Shown here one piece after another: positions 1 to 9,032 of a stretch of 60,061 nucleotides of DNA (position 1 is its first letter; every line of letters starts with the position of its first letter). A program made the position numbers and the translations under genes. The DNA lies in the NCBI GenBank assembly GCA_038062175.1, contig JBBTXR010000001.1:75701-135761 (forward strand), in the 5' to 3' direction. The notes beneath the pieces were generated by a model. It did not search any database. It was not told the origin of the DNA and saw nothing but the letters and a program-made list of their open reading frames with translations. This stretch comes from Patescibacteria group bacterium (GTDB taxonomy: Bacteria > Patescibacteriota > Minisyncoccia > Phycocordibacterales > Phycocordibacteraceae).

Positions 1-174
1 AAGAATACGGCAGTCACGGGACGCACGTCTGCCGTATGCTTCTTTGAGTTCGATAACGCTCGTTTCTACGACAAAGACGGGCGTGGCACAACTCAGAGCC
101 TGATCAAGGAATACGGCCCCGATTATTTCTACGACATGCCGTTTCCTCAGTTCAACGAGTTTTTCATCGACTAG
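1..174 (+). CDS. 3' end of a hypothetical protein, truncated by the window edge
   Basis: Frame 1 is open from base 1 (KNTAVTGR...FNEFFID) to TAG at 172-174, followed by a terminator hairpin. Confidence 0.55.
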   Translation, partial: KNTAVTGRTSAVCFFEFDNARFYDKDGRGTTQSLIKEYGPDYFYDMPFPQFNEFFID

Positions 175-190
175 CGTCTACACGGAACGC

Positions 191-222
191 AAAAGGCCCG
201 GAGCGATCCGGGCCTCTTCTTT
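191..222. terminator. Bidirectional intrinsic terminator
   Basis: AGGCCCGGA-gcga-TCCGGGCCT with A/T tails, between convergent genes. Confidence 0.8.
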
Positions 223-1028
223 TACTGTACTCGAAACTCAGGTTTCAGAATATCGTTCAACTCCGTTCGATCGAGACGGAAGATAATCGTGCCTGCTGCG
301 TAGGGCGCTACCTGATATGGCGGGAAGAGGAAGACAAGATCATCTCCCTCAAGGTAAAACACTTGGAAGTTTTCCTGTATCGGTCGTGTACCGTCCTGGA
401 TAAAGTCATCGTTGGTGAAGTCACCCGTGAGGCCTGGGAGCTTGCTACGAGCAAGGGTTGAAAGGCGAGTAAGATAGTCTGCCTGTGGAAGGAAGAGATC
501 GGCAAGAGCAAGTCTCGTTCCGGTTGTCGCATCGAAGGTGAAGGTGGTTGGTGTCTCCATGCCATGTGCGCCTCCGATGTAGCTTGCGGCGTTCAGAAGG
601 TAGGTAACGGTACGCGGGGTCTCCTTACGCTCGTAGACGACCGTGAGCTGCATGGAACTGAGTGAGGCGGGGACTTCCTCGCCTTGGCTTATAAAGTCCT
701 GTATTGCAGCCTCGTTCTCGCCTACATAGCTCTTGAATTGAGCGATGTTCTGATCTACCCAGGCTTTAATCGTGCGATCTGCAGTTGCGCCTGCGTCGCT
801 GCGGCTACTGAGTGGAAAAGAGATCTGGGTGGGGTACGTAACGTCTATGGTGTAGTAGGTACCTTTCTCGCTGATCTTCTTCGGTACGTCGGTACCAAGC
901 GTTGGAGGAGTAACTTGGGGCGAATAGGGGACTGGTGCTGGGTGTGTCGACATATACCAGCCGGTAAGGCCGAGAATAAGCGCGATAAGGCCGAGAGAAC
1001 CGATGAAAGCAGGACTTTTGATGTTCAT
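222..1028 (-). CDS. DUF3298/RsiV-like membrane-anchored protein
   Basis: N-terminal TM helix; GGAHG and FPPYQVAPYAAG motifs typical of DUF3298/DUF4163 proteins. Confidence 0.8.
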   Translation of the reverse strand: MNIKSPAFIGSLGLIALILGLTGWYMSTHPAPVPYSPQVTPPTLGTDVPKKISEKGTYYTIDVTYPTQISFPLSSRSDAGATADRTIKAWVDQNIAQFKSYVGENEAAIQDFISQGEEVPASLSSMQLTVVYERKETPRTVTYLLNAASYIGGAHGMETPTTFTFDATTGTRLALADLFLPQADYLTRLSTLARSKLPGLTGDFTNDDFIQDGTRPIQENFQVFYLEGDDLVFLFPPYQVAPYAAGTIIFRLDRTELNDILKPEFRVQ

Positions 1029-1075
1029 AGGAGAAGTATATAGGAAGACCCCGCGGGGGCGGGGCCTCTCAGAAT

Positions 1076-1597
1076 TCAGAAGCTACAATAGATCGACGTT
1101 CCAGGGCTCTCTGTCAGGAGATCCATTTCTGGATAGACCCATAGCCATACCTTTGTGGCAAAAGATATTCGTTCTACCAATTCGTGGTGCTCATCACGAT
1201 TGGAAATGCGAAACGGTCCTGCCGAACTGTCCTCAGTGGCAATGAGTCTTCTCTGGGCCAACTCAGCACGTATGGCACGGACGGACACTGCAATTTTCTT
1301 CGGTTCGAGTCGCAGCATCTCGCCAGCGACTGATTGGGATCGTCGACCAATACGGTGCAGCCGTGATCCCTGCGCAGACGTGGCGTCCCTCCATAACTGC
1401 CAGTTAAGTATTCTTAGCTCTTGATACCTTCGGGCGATTCGTGTCACTGCTCCTCTACGATCTATGAATCTGACGACGGTTATAGAGCGCATTCTGTTCC
1501 GTGCACGCTCATGTACGTCGGCGAGAGTCTTCTCGAGCGTCTCTTTGCTGGGCGGAAAGAACTCAGCCTGAACGAGGCGCGGCCGGTGACTAAACAT
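1076..1597 (-). CDS. Hypothetical basic protein (orphan)
   Basis: 173-aa ORF filling the gap; purine-rich RBS-like AAGGGG upstream and a hairpin downstream at ~1045-1069. Confidence 0.5.
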   Translation of the reverse strand: MFSHRPRLVQAEFFPPSKETLEKTLADVHERARNRMRSITVVRFIDRRGAVTRIARRYQELRILNWQLWRDATSAQGSRLHRIGRRSQSVAGEMLRLEPKKIAVSVRAIRAELAQRRLIATEDSSAGPFRISNRDEHHELVERISFATKVWLWVYPEMDLLTESPGTSIYCSF

Positions 1598-1654
1598 AGG
1601 TACACCCCTTTTCTGGCAAAATTACCCCGAAAACCCTATCACGACCCCCTAAAT

Positions 1655-1683
1655 TTGACACTCACAGTCGTTTCATATAGATT
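1655..1683 (+). promoter_or_regulatory. Sigma70 promoter for the rpsS-rplE unit
   Basis: TTGACA (1655-1660), 17-bp spacer, TAGATT (1678-1683). Confidence 0.75.
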
Positions 1684-1717
1684 TTACCTATCCCGCGCAG
1701 CGGGCTTTTCACTACTC

Positions 1718-2065
1718 ATGTCTCGATCACTGAAGAAAGGACCCTACGTCGACGTTAAGTTGATGAAGAAGATCCAGGATAAAAAGGCCTCCTCAGCCGG
1801 GGTCATTAAGACGTGGGCACGGAACAGCCAGATTGCGCCTGAAATGGTCGGCTTTACCTTCGGGGTACACAACGGCAAGAGTCACGTCGAGGTCCTCGTT
1901 TCTGAGGAAATGGTGGGTCACCGCCTCGGTGAGTTCTCGCCAACCAAGAAGTTCGTCCGTCACGGCGGTAAGATGCAGAAGCAGCTTGAGCAGAAGAAGC
2001 AGCAGACTGAGATCGCAGCTGCAAAGGCCGCTAAGGCAGCTCCCGCTCCCGCTAAGAAGAAATAA
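1718..2065 (+). CDS. rpsS: 30S ribosomal protein S19
   Basis: [10 protein letters not shown]...HNGK...[10 protein letters not shown]; true start is ATG 1718 inside the longer ORF; Ala/Lys C-terminal tail. Confidence 0.97.
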   Translation: MSRSLKKGPYVDVKLMKKIQDKKASSAGVIKTWARNSQIAPEMVGFTFGVHNGKSHVEVLVSEEMVGHRLGEFSPTKKFVRHGGKMQKQLEQKKQQTEIAAAKAAKAAPAPAKKK

Positions 2066-2068
2066 GGT

Positions 2069-2440
2069 ATGGCAAGCAAGGGACTTTTGAAGAATAAGGT
2101 AGAGAAGGTCGTTCCGATTGCGGAGGCTTCACTTTCTTCCTACAACCAGTCGCCCCGCAAGGTGCGCCTCGTGACCGAGCTCGTGAAAGGGAAGACCATC
2201 GAGGAAGCTATCAAGGCGCTCACCTTCCTTCCAAAGCGTGCCGCTCTTCCAATCAGGAAGCTCATCGAGTCTGCAGTCGCAAACGCGAAGGCAAAGGGAG
2301 AGGACACCGAGGGTCTTAAGATCAAGGACATCCGCGTCGACTCAGCAGGCATGCTCGTGCGCTACATGCCACGTGCTATGGGTCGTGCAGCTCCTGTCAG
2401 GAAGCGTCGCAGCCGCGTCATCGTTGCGCTCGGCAAATAA
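2069..2440 (+). CDS. rplV: 50S ribosomal protein L22
   Basis: QSPRKVRLV, SAVANA, PRAMGRA motifs; synteny. Confidence 0.97.
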   Translation: MASKGLLKNKVEKVVPIAEASLSSYNQSPRKVRLVTELVKGKTIEEAIKALTFLPKRAALPIRKLIESAVANAKAKGEDTEGLKIKDIRVDSAGMLVRYMPRAMGRAAPVRKRRSRVIVALGK

Positions 2441-2448
2441 CTTTTACT

Positions 2449-3144
2449 ATGACTCACACCGTACATCCCTACGCGCACCGCCTTGGCATCATCCGTGACT
2501 GGAAGAGCCGCTGGTTCGCTACCGATAAGAAGAGCTTCCGCGAGAACATTGCGGTGGATGCGGCTATCCGTGCCTACCTCAAGAAGAAGCTTCGCTCGAT
2601 GTACATCTCTGACATTGAGATCGAGCGCACCGCCGCTGAGGTACGTATCATTTTGAACACCGGTCGTCCGGGTCTCGTGATCGGTCGCTCAGGTGAGAAT
2701 GCAACCAAGCTCCGCGCTGAGCTCACCAAGCTCGTTAAAAAGCACTCACCAAAGTCAGCACGTGCCGTAAAGCTCGACATCGTTGAGATTCGCCAGCCTG
2801 AGGCTGATGCAGCAGTTGTTGCGTACATGGTGGCTGAGAGCCTTGAGAAGCGCATGCCATTCCGCCGCGTGCTTAAGATGACGGTGGAGAAGGTGATGGC
2901 GGTTCGTGAGGTGGTTGGTGTGCGCATTGTGGTGTCAGGTCGCCTTGGTGGCGCTGACATGAGTCGTACCGAGCAGATCAAGCGTGGTCGTATTCCGCTT
3001 CAGACCTTCCGTGCAAACATCGTCTACGCTGAGGAGCGTGCGTACCTTCCGTACGGCGTGATCGGTATCAAGGTGTGGATCTACCTCGGCGAGACCTTCA
3101 ATGAGAAGGACCGTGCGCAGACCCCGCGCCCAGCCGCTAAATAA
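2449..3144 (+). CDS. rpsC: 30S ribosomal protein S3
   Basis: HPYAHRLGI, GRLGGADM, YGVIGIKVWI. Confidence 0.97.
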   Translation: MTHTVHPYAHRLGIIRDWKSRWFATDKKSFRENIAVDAAIRAYLKKKLRSMYISDIEIERTAAEVRIILNTGRPGLVIGRSGENATKLRAELTKLVKKHSPKSARAVKLDIVEIRQPEADAAVVAYMVAESLEKRMPFRRVLKMTVEKVMAVREVVGVRIVVSGRLGGADMSRTEQIKRGRIPLQTFRANIVYAEERAYLPYGVIGIKVWIYLGETFNEKDRAQTPRPAAK

Positions 3145-3150
3145 TTTTGT

Positions 3151-3576
3151 ATGCTGTTTCCTAAGAAAGTTAAGCACCGCAAGTGGCAGACCGGACGTAA
3201 GTCTCCGGAGAAGCTTGCGCGTCCCGAGACTCGCGGCATCACGGTAGCCTTTGGTTCCTATGGTCTTAAGGCAACGAGCCCATCGCGCGTAACCTCGAAC
3301 CAGATCGAGGCAGCTCGTAAGGTGCTTACCCGCGTTACCGGTAAGGGAGGCAAGATGTGGATCCGTATCTTCCCTGATCGTCCAATCACCAACAAGCCAG
3401 CTGAGGTGGGTATGGGTAAGGGTAAGGGAGATCCTAAGCACTTTGTGTTTGAGGTACGTCCCGGACGTGTTCTCTTTGAGCTTGATGGCGTAGATGACGC
3501 AAAGGCTCGTGACGCACTTCGCCGTGCAGGTGCGAAGCTTCCACTCAAGTCCACCATCGTAACTCGTGGCGTATAG
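3151..3576 (+). CDS. rplP: 50S ribosomal protein L16
   Basis: MLFPKKVKHRK, WIRIFPD, MGKGKG. Confidence 0.97.
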   Translation: MLFPKKVKHRKWQTGRKSPEKLARPETRGITVAFGSYGLKATSPSRVTSNQIEAARKVLTRVTGKGGKMWIRIFPDRPITNKPAEVGMGKGKGDPKHFVFEVRPGRVLFELDGVDDAKARDALRRAGAKLPLKSTIVTRGV

Positions 3577-3580
3577 ATAT

Positions 3581-3772
3581 ATGGCAAAGAAAACTTCATT
3601 CAAGGACAAGAACGCAGAGGAGCTCAATAAGCTCCTTAGCGAGAAGCGCGAAGAGCTCCGTCTCGTACGCTTTTCTGCTACCGGCGCTCGCGTCAAAGAC
3701 GTGAATCAGGCAGGTAAGATCCGCAAGGATATCGCTCGTCTTCTCACAGAACTCACTGCCAAGAAGGCATAA
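3581..3772 (+). CDS. rpmC: 50S ribosomal protein L29
   Basis: IRKDIARLLT motif; synteny; ATG at 3581. Confidence 0.93.
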   Translation: MAKKTSFKDKNAEELNKLLSEKREELRLVRFSATGARVKDVNQAGKIRKDIARLLTELTAKKA

Positions 3773-3780
3773 CATTTACT

Positions 3781-4023
3781 ATGGAAAACAACACCACCAA
3801 GCCCCAGACCTTCCGCGGAACCGTCGTAAAGACGGCCATGAAGGACACGGCCACCGTCGCGGTCTCACGCTTTGTGAAGCACCCGAAGTACAAGAAGTTC
3901 CAGGTCCGCACCAAGAAGTTCCTCGCGCATGACCCGGGCAACACGGTAGAGGTCGGCCAGGAGGTCACCATCGTTGCGACCGCGCCTATCTCAAAGCGCA
4001 AGTCCTTCAAGATCGCTAAGTAA
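3781..4023 (+). CDS. rpsQ: 30S ribosomal protein S17
   Basis: HPKYKK, AHD, PISKRK. Confidence 0.96.
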   Translation: MENNTTKPQTFRGTVVKTAMKDTATVAVSRFVKHPKYKKFQVRTKKFLAHDPGNTVEVGQEVTIVATAPISKRKSFKIAK

Positions 4024-4029
4024 TTATTT

Positions 4030-4407
4030 ATGGTACAGCCCCAGTCAATCGTTAAAGTTGCAGACAATTCAGGCGCCACGGTAGCGCGTGTCTTCAAGGT
4101 GCTCGGGGGCTCAAAGCGCCGCTACGCTGAGATCGGTGACGTCGTTGTCGTATCGGTCCAGACCGCGCAGCCTCGTAAGGCGGTGAAGAAAAAGGATATC
4201 TACAAGGCAGTGGTGGTTCGCCAGCGAAAGCCATTCCGTCGTGCTAACGGTATCTACGTCCGCTTTGATGACAACGCCGTTGTCCTCATCGAGAAGCAGG
4301 GTAAGGAGATGGGTCCTAAGGGTAACCGTGTGTTCGGTCCGGTACCTCGTGACCTGGTTGAGCGCGGATGGCAGAACATCGCATCGCTTGCGCCTGAGAT
4401 CGTCTAA
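4030..4407 (+). CDS. rplN: 50S ribosomal protein L14
   Basis: VADNSGA, RFDDNA, SLAPEIV. Confidence 0.97.
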   Translation: MVQPQSIVKVADNSGATVARVFKVLGGSKRRYAEIGDVVVVSVQTAQPRKAVKKKDIYKAVVVRQRKPFRRANGIYVRFDDNAVVLIEKQGKEMGPKGNRVFGPVPRDLVERGWQNIASLAPEIV

Positions 4408-4418
4408 CTCATTTACGT

Positions 4419-4760
4419 ATGTCTAAAGCAAGCAAGGGAATTCAGACCGCAAAGTTCAAGGTAAAGAAAGGCGACCAGGTCGTGGTGATTTCAGGCAAGG
4501 ATAAGGGGAAGACCGGAAAGGTCCTCACCGTCCTTCCTCAGGAAGCAAAGATCGTCGTTGATGGTATCGGCATGGTGAAGCGTCACGTCCGCAAGGTCGG
4601 GAAGCAGTCAGGTCGCATCGTCGAGCGTCCTCGTGCAATCCACATCTCAAACGTCATGGTCGAGGATCCCAAAGAGAAGAAGGGAACTCGTGTACGCCGT
4701 GAGACCAAAGATGGCGCACGCACCCGCGTTACCGTTAAGAGCAGCACTGCACTCTCCTAA
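4419..4760 (+). CDS. rplX: 50S ribosomal protein L24
   Basis: KKGDQVVVISGKDKGK (KOW), IHISNV. Confidence 0.96.
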   Translation: MSKASKGIQTAKFKVKKGDQVVVISGKDKGKTGKVLTVLPQEAKIVVDGIGMVKRHVRKVGKQSGRIVERPRAIHISNVMVEDPKEKKGTRVRRETKDGARTRVTVKSSTALS

Positions 4761-4771
4761 GTACTAGACCT

Positions 4772-5308
4772 ATGATGATTTCTAAAGAAAAGCAGGCAAG
4801 CGCATTTACGACTCTCAAGGAGCGATTCGGTTACACGAACGTCTTTGCATCTCCACGTCTTATGAAGATTGTGGTGTCTACCGGAGTAGGTAAGGCCGAC
4901 AAGAACCGTAAGGCACTCATTGAGGATCGTCTTTCGAAGATCACTGGACAGAAGGCAGCGCCTCGTGCTGCTAAGCAGTCGATCGCACAGTTTAAGATGC
5001 GTCAGGGTGACATTGTGGGATACCAGGTCACGCTTCGTGGCGCACGCATGAACGACTTCCTCGACAAGCTCGTACACATCGCGCTTCCTCGCACTCGCGA
5101 CTTCCGTGGATTGAATGCAACCGCAATCGATGACATGGGTAACCTCACCATCGGTATCAAGGACCACACCATCTTCCCCGAGACTTCCGACGAAGACTTG
5201 AAGGACGTGTTCGGTATCGCGATCACGCTTGTAACCACCGCAAAGAACAAGGAGGAAGCAGAAGCATACTTCCGACATCTTGGGCTTCCGCTTAAGGAGA
5301 CTGCGTAA
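4772..5308 (+). CDS. rplE: 50S ribosomal protein L5
   Basis: ITGQK, VTLRG, RDFRG, IFPE. Confidence 0.97.
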   Translation: MMISKEKQASAFTTLKERFGYTNVFASPRLMKIVVSTGVGKADKNRKALIEDRLSKITGQKAAPRAAKQSIAQFKMRQGDIVGYQVTLRGARMNDFLDKLVHIALPRTRDFRGLNATAIDDMGNLTIGIKDHTIFPETSDEDLKDVFGIAITLVTTAKNKEEAEAYFRHLGLPLKETA

Positions 5309-5312
5309 GTGC

Positions 5313-5348
5313 TTATGAAGAAACCACCGAAAGGTGGTTTCTTCATAA
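5313..5348 (+). terminator. Terminator closing the rpsS-rplE unit
   Basis: Perfect 16-bp stem TTATGAAGAAACCACC-gaaa-GGTGGTTTCTTCATAA. Confidence 0.85.
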
Positions 5349-5432
5349 ATCGAGCAACTTTTTATAACTATGGTAAAGTGCGCCCGGATCCAGGCAGCTG
5401 ATCTGGAAAATATATATGTGCGGAGAGTTCAC

Positions 5433-6254
5433 ATGGCCGACAAGGCACCGTATAGGGTGGATAACCCGGAACCTGGAAGAGACTACACCTTTGTACATAT
5501 GGCGCCCGAGCTCTTCACTGACCGGCCCCTTGTGTTCAGAGGGACATTGAAACGCGACGAGAAAGAACCGGATCGATCAAAGGCGTACAAGTTCGACCAG
5601 TTCAAAGAAGACCAGCAGTACGCGCTTCGGCGCTACTATCCGCCGCCGGGAACAACGTTTTATGAAGGCTTCCGGCGGCGTGCTCCAAGCAAGAGCGTCG
5701 TCATCGGGCTGAGCTTCTTGCAGAAGCTCGAGAAGGGGAGTGCCCAGGCTGTGGGGAGCATACTCCCTTCCATCACCCTGCTCACCCGGGAGACCGGCTG
5801 GATGCGGGTCCTCAACGTAAATGAGGACTTCTGCAAACGGGCGAAGATCGACCTTGCTGATCGGAATCGCGTATACGCTCGGCTTCATCCGGTCAGTCCG
5901 GCCGAACGCTTCTACGAAACACGTGTCGAATTCTTCAACGGCGCGGAATTCCTGCTGAGCGACATTGCCGATTCTTGGGGGATGACCGGAAGTCACTGGA
6001 ATCTGAAGCTAAAGCTCGTCCCGCTCTCGAGCGATGACCAGGACTTCTTTGGTGGTCTCGCGGAATTCGAACAAGCCACAGCCTCAATCGCCGGCATGCT
6101 ACCGGATCGGGAAGAACTCCCGATCCAGCTACCAACAGCAAAGGCCTTTCCGTTGCCGCCTCAAAAGGCAGTGCCGAGGATCGAGGCACCGCCTCCGCCC
6201 ATCGAGCAGCTCCAGCTTGAGCTGATCGCGGACCATCGGCAGGCTGCCGAATAG
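5433..6254 (+). CDS. Orphan hypothetical protein inserted between rplE and rpsN
   Basis: Long ORF; GGAG upstream of ATG 5433 (alternative start 5370); Pro-rich C-terminus; hairpin at ~6262-6296. Confidence 0.65.
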   Translation: MADKAPYRVDNPEPGRDYTFVHMAPELFTDRPLVFRGTLKRDEKEPDRSKAYKFDQFKEDQQYALRRYYPPPGTTFYEGFRRRAPSKSVVIGLSFLQKLEKGSAQAVGSILPSITLLTRETGWMRVLNVNEDFCKRAKIDLADRNRVYARLHPVSPAERFYETRVEFFNGAEFLLSDIADSWGMTGSHWNLKLKLVPLSSDDQDFFGGLAEFEQATASIAGMLPDREELPIQLPTAKAFPLPPQKAVPRIEAPPPPIEQLQLELIADHRQAAE

Positions 6255-6315
6255 ACCTATCGGGCGCTCGAATCCTACTCAAGGGTTCGAGCGCTCTTCC
6301 TTATATAGCCTTGGT

Positions 6316-6344
6316 TTGACACGCTTAATCGGTACTGATACATT
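6316..6344 (+). promoter_or_regulatory. Sigma70 promoter for the rpsN-secY unit
   Basis: TTGACA (6316-6321), 17-bp spacer, TG-n-TACATT (6339-6344). Confidence 0.75.
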
Positions 6345-6374
6345 ACTTGCACGCTCCTCGGAGCTATTTTTCTT

Positions 6375-6644
6375 ATGGCTAAAACCTCACAGATCGCCCG
6401 CAATCGCAAGCGCGAGAAGCTTGCAGAGAAGTACGCTGAAAAGCGTGCCGCTTTGAAGGCTGCAGGTGACTGGGATGGTCTCCAGCTGCTTCCGAAGAAC
6501 TCCTCACCAGTTCGCATCAAGAACCGCTGTGCCGTTTCAGGCCGCCAGCGCGGATTCATGCGCGCCTTCGGGGTATCTCGCATCGTCTTCCGCGAACTCG
6601 CGCGAGACGGTAAGATCCCGGGCGTTAAGAAGTCTTCCTGGTAA
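6375..6644 (+). CDS. rpsN: 30S ribosomal protein S14, long zinc-independent (C-) form
   Basis: 89 aa; [25 protein letters not shown]; only one Cys. Confidence 0.96.
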   Translation: MAKTSQIARNRKREKLAEKYAEKRAALKAAGDWDGLQLLPKNSSPVRIKNRCAVSGRQRGFMRAFGVSRIVFRELARDGKIPGVKKSSW

Positions 6645-6651
6645 TTTTCGT

Positions 6652-7041
6652 ATGGTAAGTGACCGCGTAGGAGATTTCATCATCCGTCTTAAGAATGCCG
6701 GCGCAATCGGCAAGAATGTCGTTGTCGTTCCGTATTCAAAGCACGTAGAAGAGATTGCGCACAAGTTGAAGAGCCTCGGCTTTGTCGCTGACGTGCAGAA
6801 GTCGAAGAATCCATATGAGTTCGAGGTAACCCTCGCGTTCGACGAGCGTGGTCGCTCGAAGATCAAGGGTGTAAAGCGCATCAGCAAGCCTGGTCGTCGC
6901 CTTTACACTCCTGCTACTGAGGCGCACACCGTGAAGAACGGTTCTGGCTCACGTCTTCTTTCAACCAACCGTGGTGTCCTAACCGACTCTGAGGCTCGAA
7001 AGGTAAAGACAGGAGGGGAGGACCTGTTTGAAATCTGGTAG
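6652..7041 (+). CDS. rpsH: 30S ribosomal protein S8
   Basis: DFIIRLKNA, RISKPGRRLY, STNRG; ATG at 6652. Confidence 0.96.
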   Translation: MVSDRVGDFIIRLKNAGAIGKNVVVVPYSKHVEEIAHKLKSLGFVADVQKSKNPYEFEVTLAFDERGRSKIKGVKRISKPGRRLYTPATEAHTVKNGSGSRLLSTNRGVLTDSEARKVKTGGEDLFEIW

Positions 7042-7051
7042 TCATTTATAT

Positions 7052-7588
7052 ATGTCGTTCCGCATCGCAAAGAAACCCATCGCAATCCCCGCAAAAGTAG
7101 AAGTATCTACTGAGGGAGGCAACCTTTCGGTCAAAGGATCGAAGGCTACGCTCGTGCGCCCTATCCATGCAGCTGTCTCAATCGAGGTGACTCCTGAGGG
7201 CGTAATGGTATCTCCAAAGAATGACTCGAAGCTCGCTCGTGCACTCACGGGTACCTTCGCTGCACACACGGTTGCGATGATTCAGGGTGTCGAGACTCCG
7301 TTCAAGAAGGTGCTTCAGCTTAACGGTGTCGGATACAAGGTGGAGCTTCGTGGTACTGACCTCGTGTTCTCGGTTGGTTTCTCACACCCGGTCACCCTTG
7401 CGATCCCTGGCAACCTCACCGTCACGGTCGTCAAGAACACCATCACTGTTGAGGGTTCCGACAAGCAGGAGGTTGGTCAGTTCTCCGCTGAGATTCGTGC
7501 CGTAAAGCCACCCGAGCCGTATCTCGGGAAGGGCATCAAGTACGAGAATGAGGTTATTCGCCGCAAGCAGGGCAAGAAGGCCGTCTAA
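7052..7588 (+). CDS. rplF: 50S ribosomal protein L6
   Basis: GVGYK, GFSHPV, PPEPYLGKGIKY. Confidence 0.97.
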   Translation: MSFRIAKKPIAIPAKVEVSTEGGNLSVKGSKATLVRPIHAAVSIEVTPEGVMVSPKNDSKLARALTGTFAAHTVAMIQGVETPFKKVLQLNGVGYKVELRGTDLVFSVGFSHPVTLAIPGNLTVTVVKNTITVEGSDKQEVGQFSAEIRAVKPPEPYLGKGIKYENEVIRRKQGKKAV

Positions 7589-7594
7589 TATTTT

Positions 7595-7945
7595 ATGCCT
7601 ACTACTCAACTCAACAAGAAGGAACTCCGCGATCGCCGCCACAAGCGTGTGCGTGCGAAGATTAGCGGCACTGCAGAGCGTCCTCGCCTTGCGATCTATA
7701 AGAGCAACAAGTTTGTGTCCGCGCAGCTTATTGATGACGAGGCGCAGGCCACCATTGCAGCTGCACACGGTCGCTCGTTCCCTGGATCCCTTTCAACGCA
7801 GTCAGTTGCGGTCGGAAAGGCAATTGCGGACGCGGCGAAGGCAAAGGGCGTAACCGCGGTTGTCTTTGATCGTGGTGGCTACGAGTACGGCGGCCAGATC
7901 AAGGCGCTTGCCGATACTGCACGTGAGAATGGGCTCACTTTCTAA
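7595..7945 (+). CDS. rplR: 50S ribosomal protein L18
   Basis: GTAERPRL, VFDRGGY. Confidence 0.97.
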   Translation: MPTTQLNKKELRDRRHKRVRAKISGTAERPRLAIYKSNKFVSAQLIDDEAQATIAAAHGRSFPGSLSTQSVAVGKAIADAAKAKGVTAVVFDRGGYEYGGQIKALADTARENGLTF

Positions 7946-7953
7946 TACTTACT

Positions 7954-8568
7954 ATGACTGACACTGCAACACTCGAGACCAAGACTGACGCTCCACAGAC
8001 GGGCGCCGTTGAAGCAGCTCCTGCTGCAGCTGAGGGAGCACGTCCTGAGGGTCGTGGTCCTATGCGTGGTCGCCGTGGACCAGGTGGTCAGCAGGGCAGG
8101 GGACGCGGACCTGGACGCGGACGCGAGCCTCGCGAGCGAAGCGAATTCGAGCAGGCAACCATCGACGTGCGTCGCGTGGCCCGTGTTATGGCCGGTGGTC
8201 GTCGTTTCTCCTTCTCCGTTACGGTTGTTATCGGCGACAAGAAGGGTCGTGTCGGTGTGGGTATCGGCAAGGGTGCTGATACTGCGCTTGCAATCGACAA
8301 GGCAGTTCGCGACGCGAAGAAGCACCTCATCACGGTCCCTCTCACCAAGGACAACTCCATTGCGCACGATGTGACGGTGAAGTACGCGTCCTCAGTCGTC
8401 ACCATCATCCCGTCTCCAGGTCGCGGTATCGTTGCGGGTTCTGCAATGCGTACCGTGCTTGAGTACGCTGGGGTCACCAACGTCGTCACCAAGATCCTTT
8501 CTCGTACGAAGAACAAGCTCACGATTGCTCGCGCAACCGTTGAAGCGCTTAAGCAGGTTAAGAAATAG
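7954..8568 (+). CDS. rpsE: 30S ribosomal protein S5
   Basis: VRRVARVMAGGRRFSF; Gly/Arg-rich N-terminal extension. Confidence 0.97.
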   Translation: MTDTATLETKTDAPQTGAVEAAPAAAEGARPEGRGPMRGRRGPGGQQGRGRGPGRGREPRERSEFEQATIDVRRVARVMAGGRRFSFSVTVVIGDKKGRVGVGIGKGADTALAIDKAVRDAKKHLITVPLTKDNSIAHDVTVKYASSVVTIIPSPGRGIVAGSAMRTVLEYAGVTNVVTKILSRTKNKLTIARATVEALKQVKK

Positions 8569-8572
8569 GCTT

Positions 8573-9025
8573 ATGCAGTTGAACACTCTCGCACCCGCAA
8601 CTCCTCGCATCACCTCGGCCCGTGTTGGTCGTGGTGGTAAGCGTGGTAAGACCTCAGGTCGTGGCACCAAGGGTCAGAACGCACGCGCCGGACACAAGAA
8701 GCGTCCTGAAATGCGCGACCTTATCAAGAAGCTTCCGAAGCTTCGCGGTCATGGTAAGAACCGTTCTCGCACCGTTCGTACTAATCGTCGTAGCTACGTT
8801 CCGGTCAACCTTGCCGTTCTCGAGTCGACATTTGCCGCAGGGGACGTTGTTACCCCAGAGACTCTCTACAAGAAGGGACTTATCCGCGCACGCGGAGGAA
8901 AGCTTAGCTATGTAAAGATCCTTGCGACTGGTACCCTTACCAAGGCACTCTCCGTATCGAACTGCGAGACCTCGGCAAGCGCAAAGACAGCTATCGAGGC
9001 AGCAGGCGGTTCGGTGGTTGCCTAA
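8573..9025 (+). CDS. rplO: 50S ribosomal protein L15
   Basis: RVGRGGKRGKTSGRGTKGQNARAG; ATG at 8573. Confidence 0.96.
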   Translation: MQLNTLAPATPRITSARVGRGGKRGKTSGRGTKGQNARAGHKKRPEMRDLIKKLPKLRGHGKNRSRTVRTNRRSYVPVNLAVLESTFAAGDVVTPETLYKKGLIRARGGKLSYVKILATGTLTKALSVSNCETSASAKTAIEAAGGSVVA

Positions 9026-9032
9026 CCCCTCC

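Noticed and set aside
1421-1717. Long N-terminal extensions in the ORF track for rpsS (also rpsH, rplO, secY, recG, pilin copy 2)
   Set aside because: They run through promoters or upstream genes; downstream ATGs match the family N-termini
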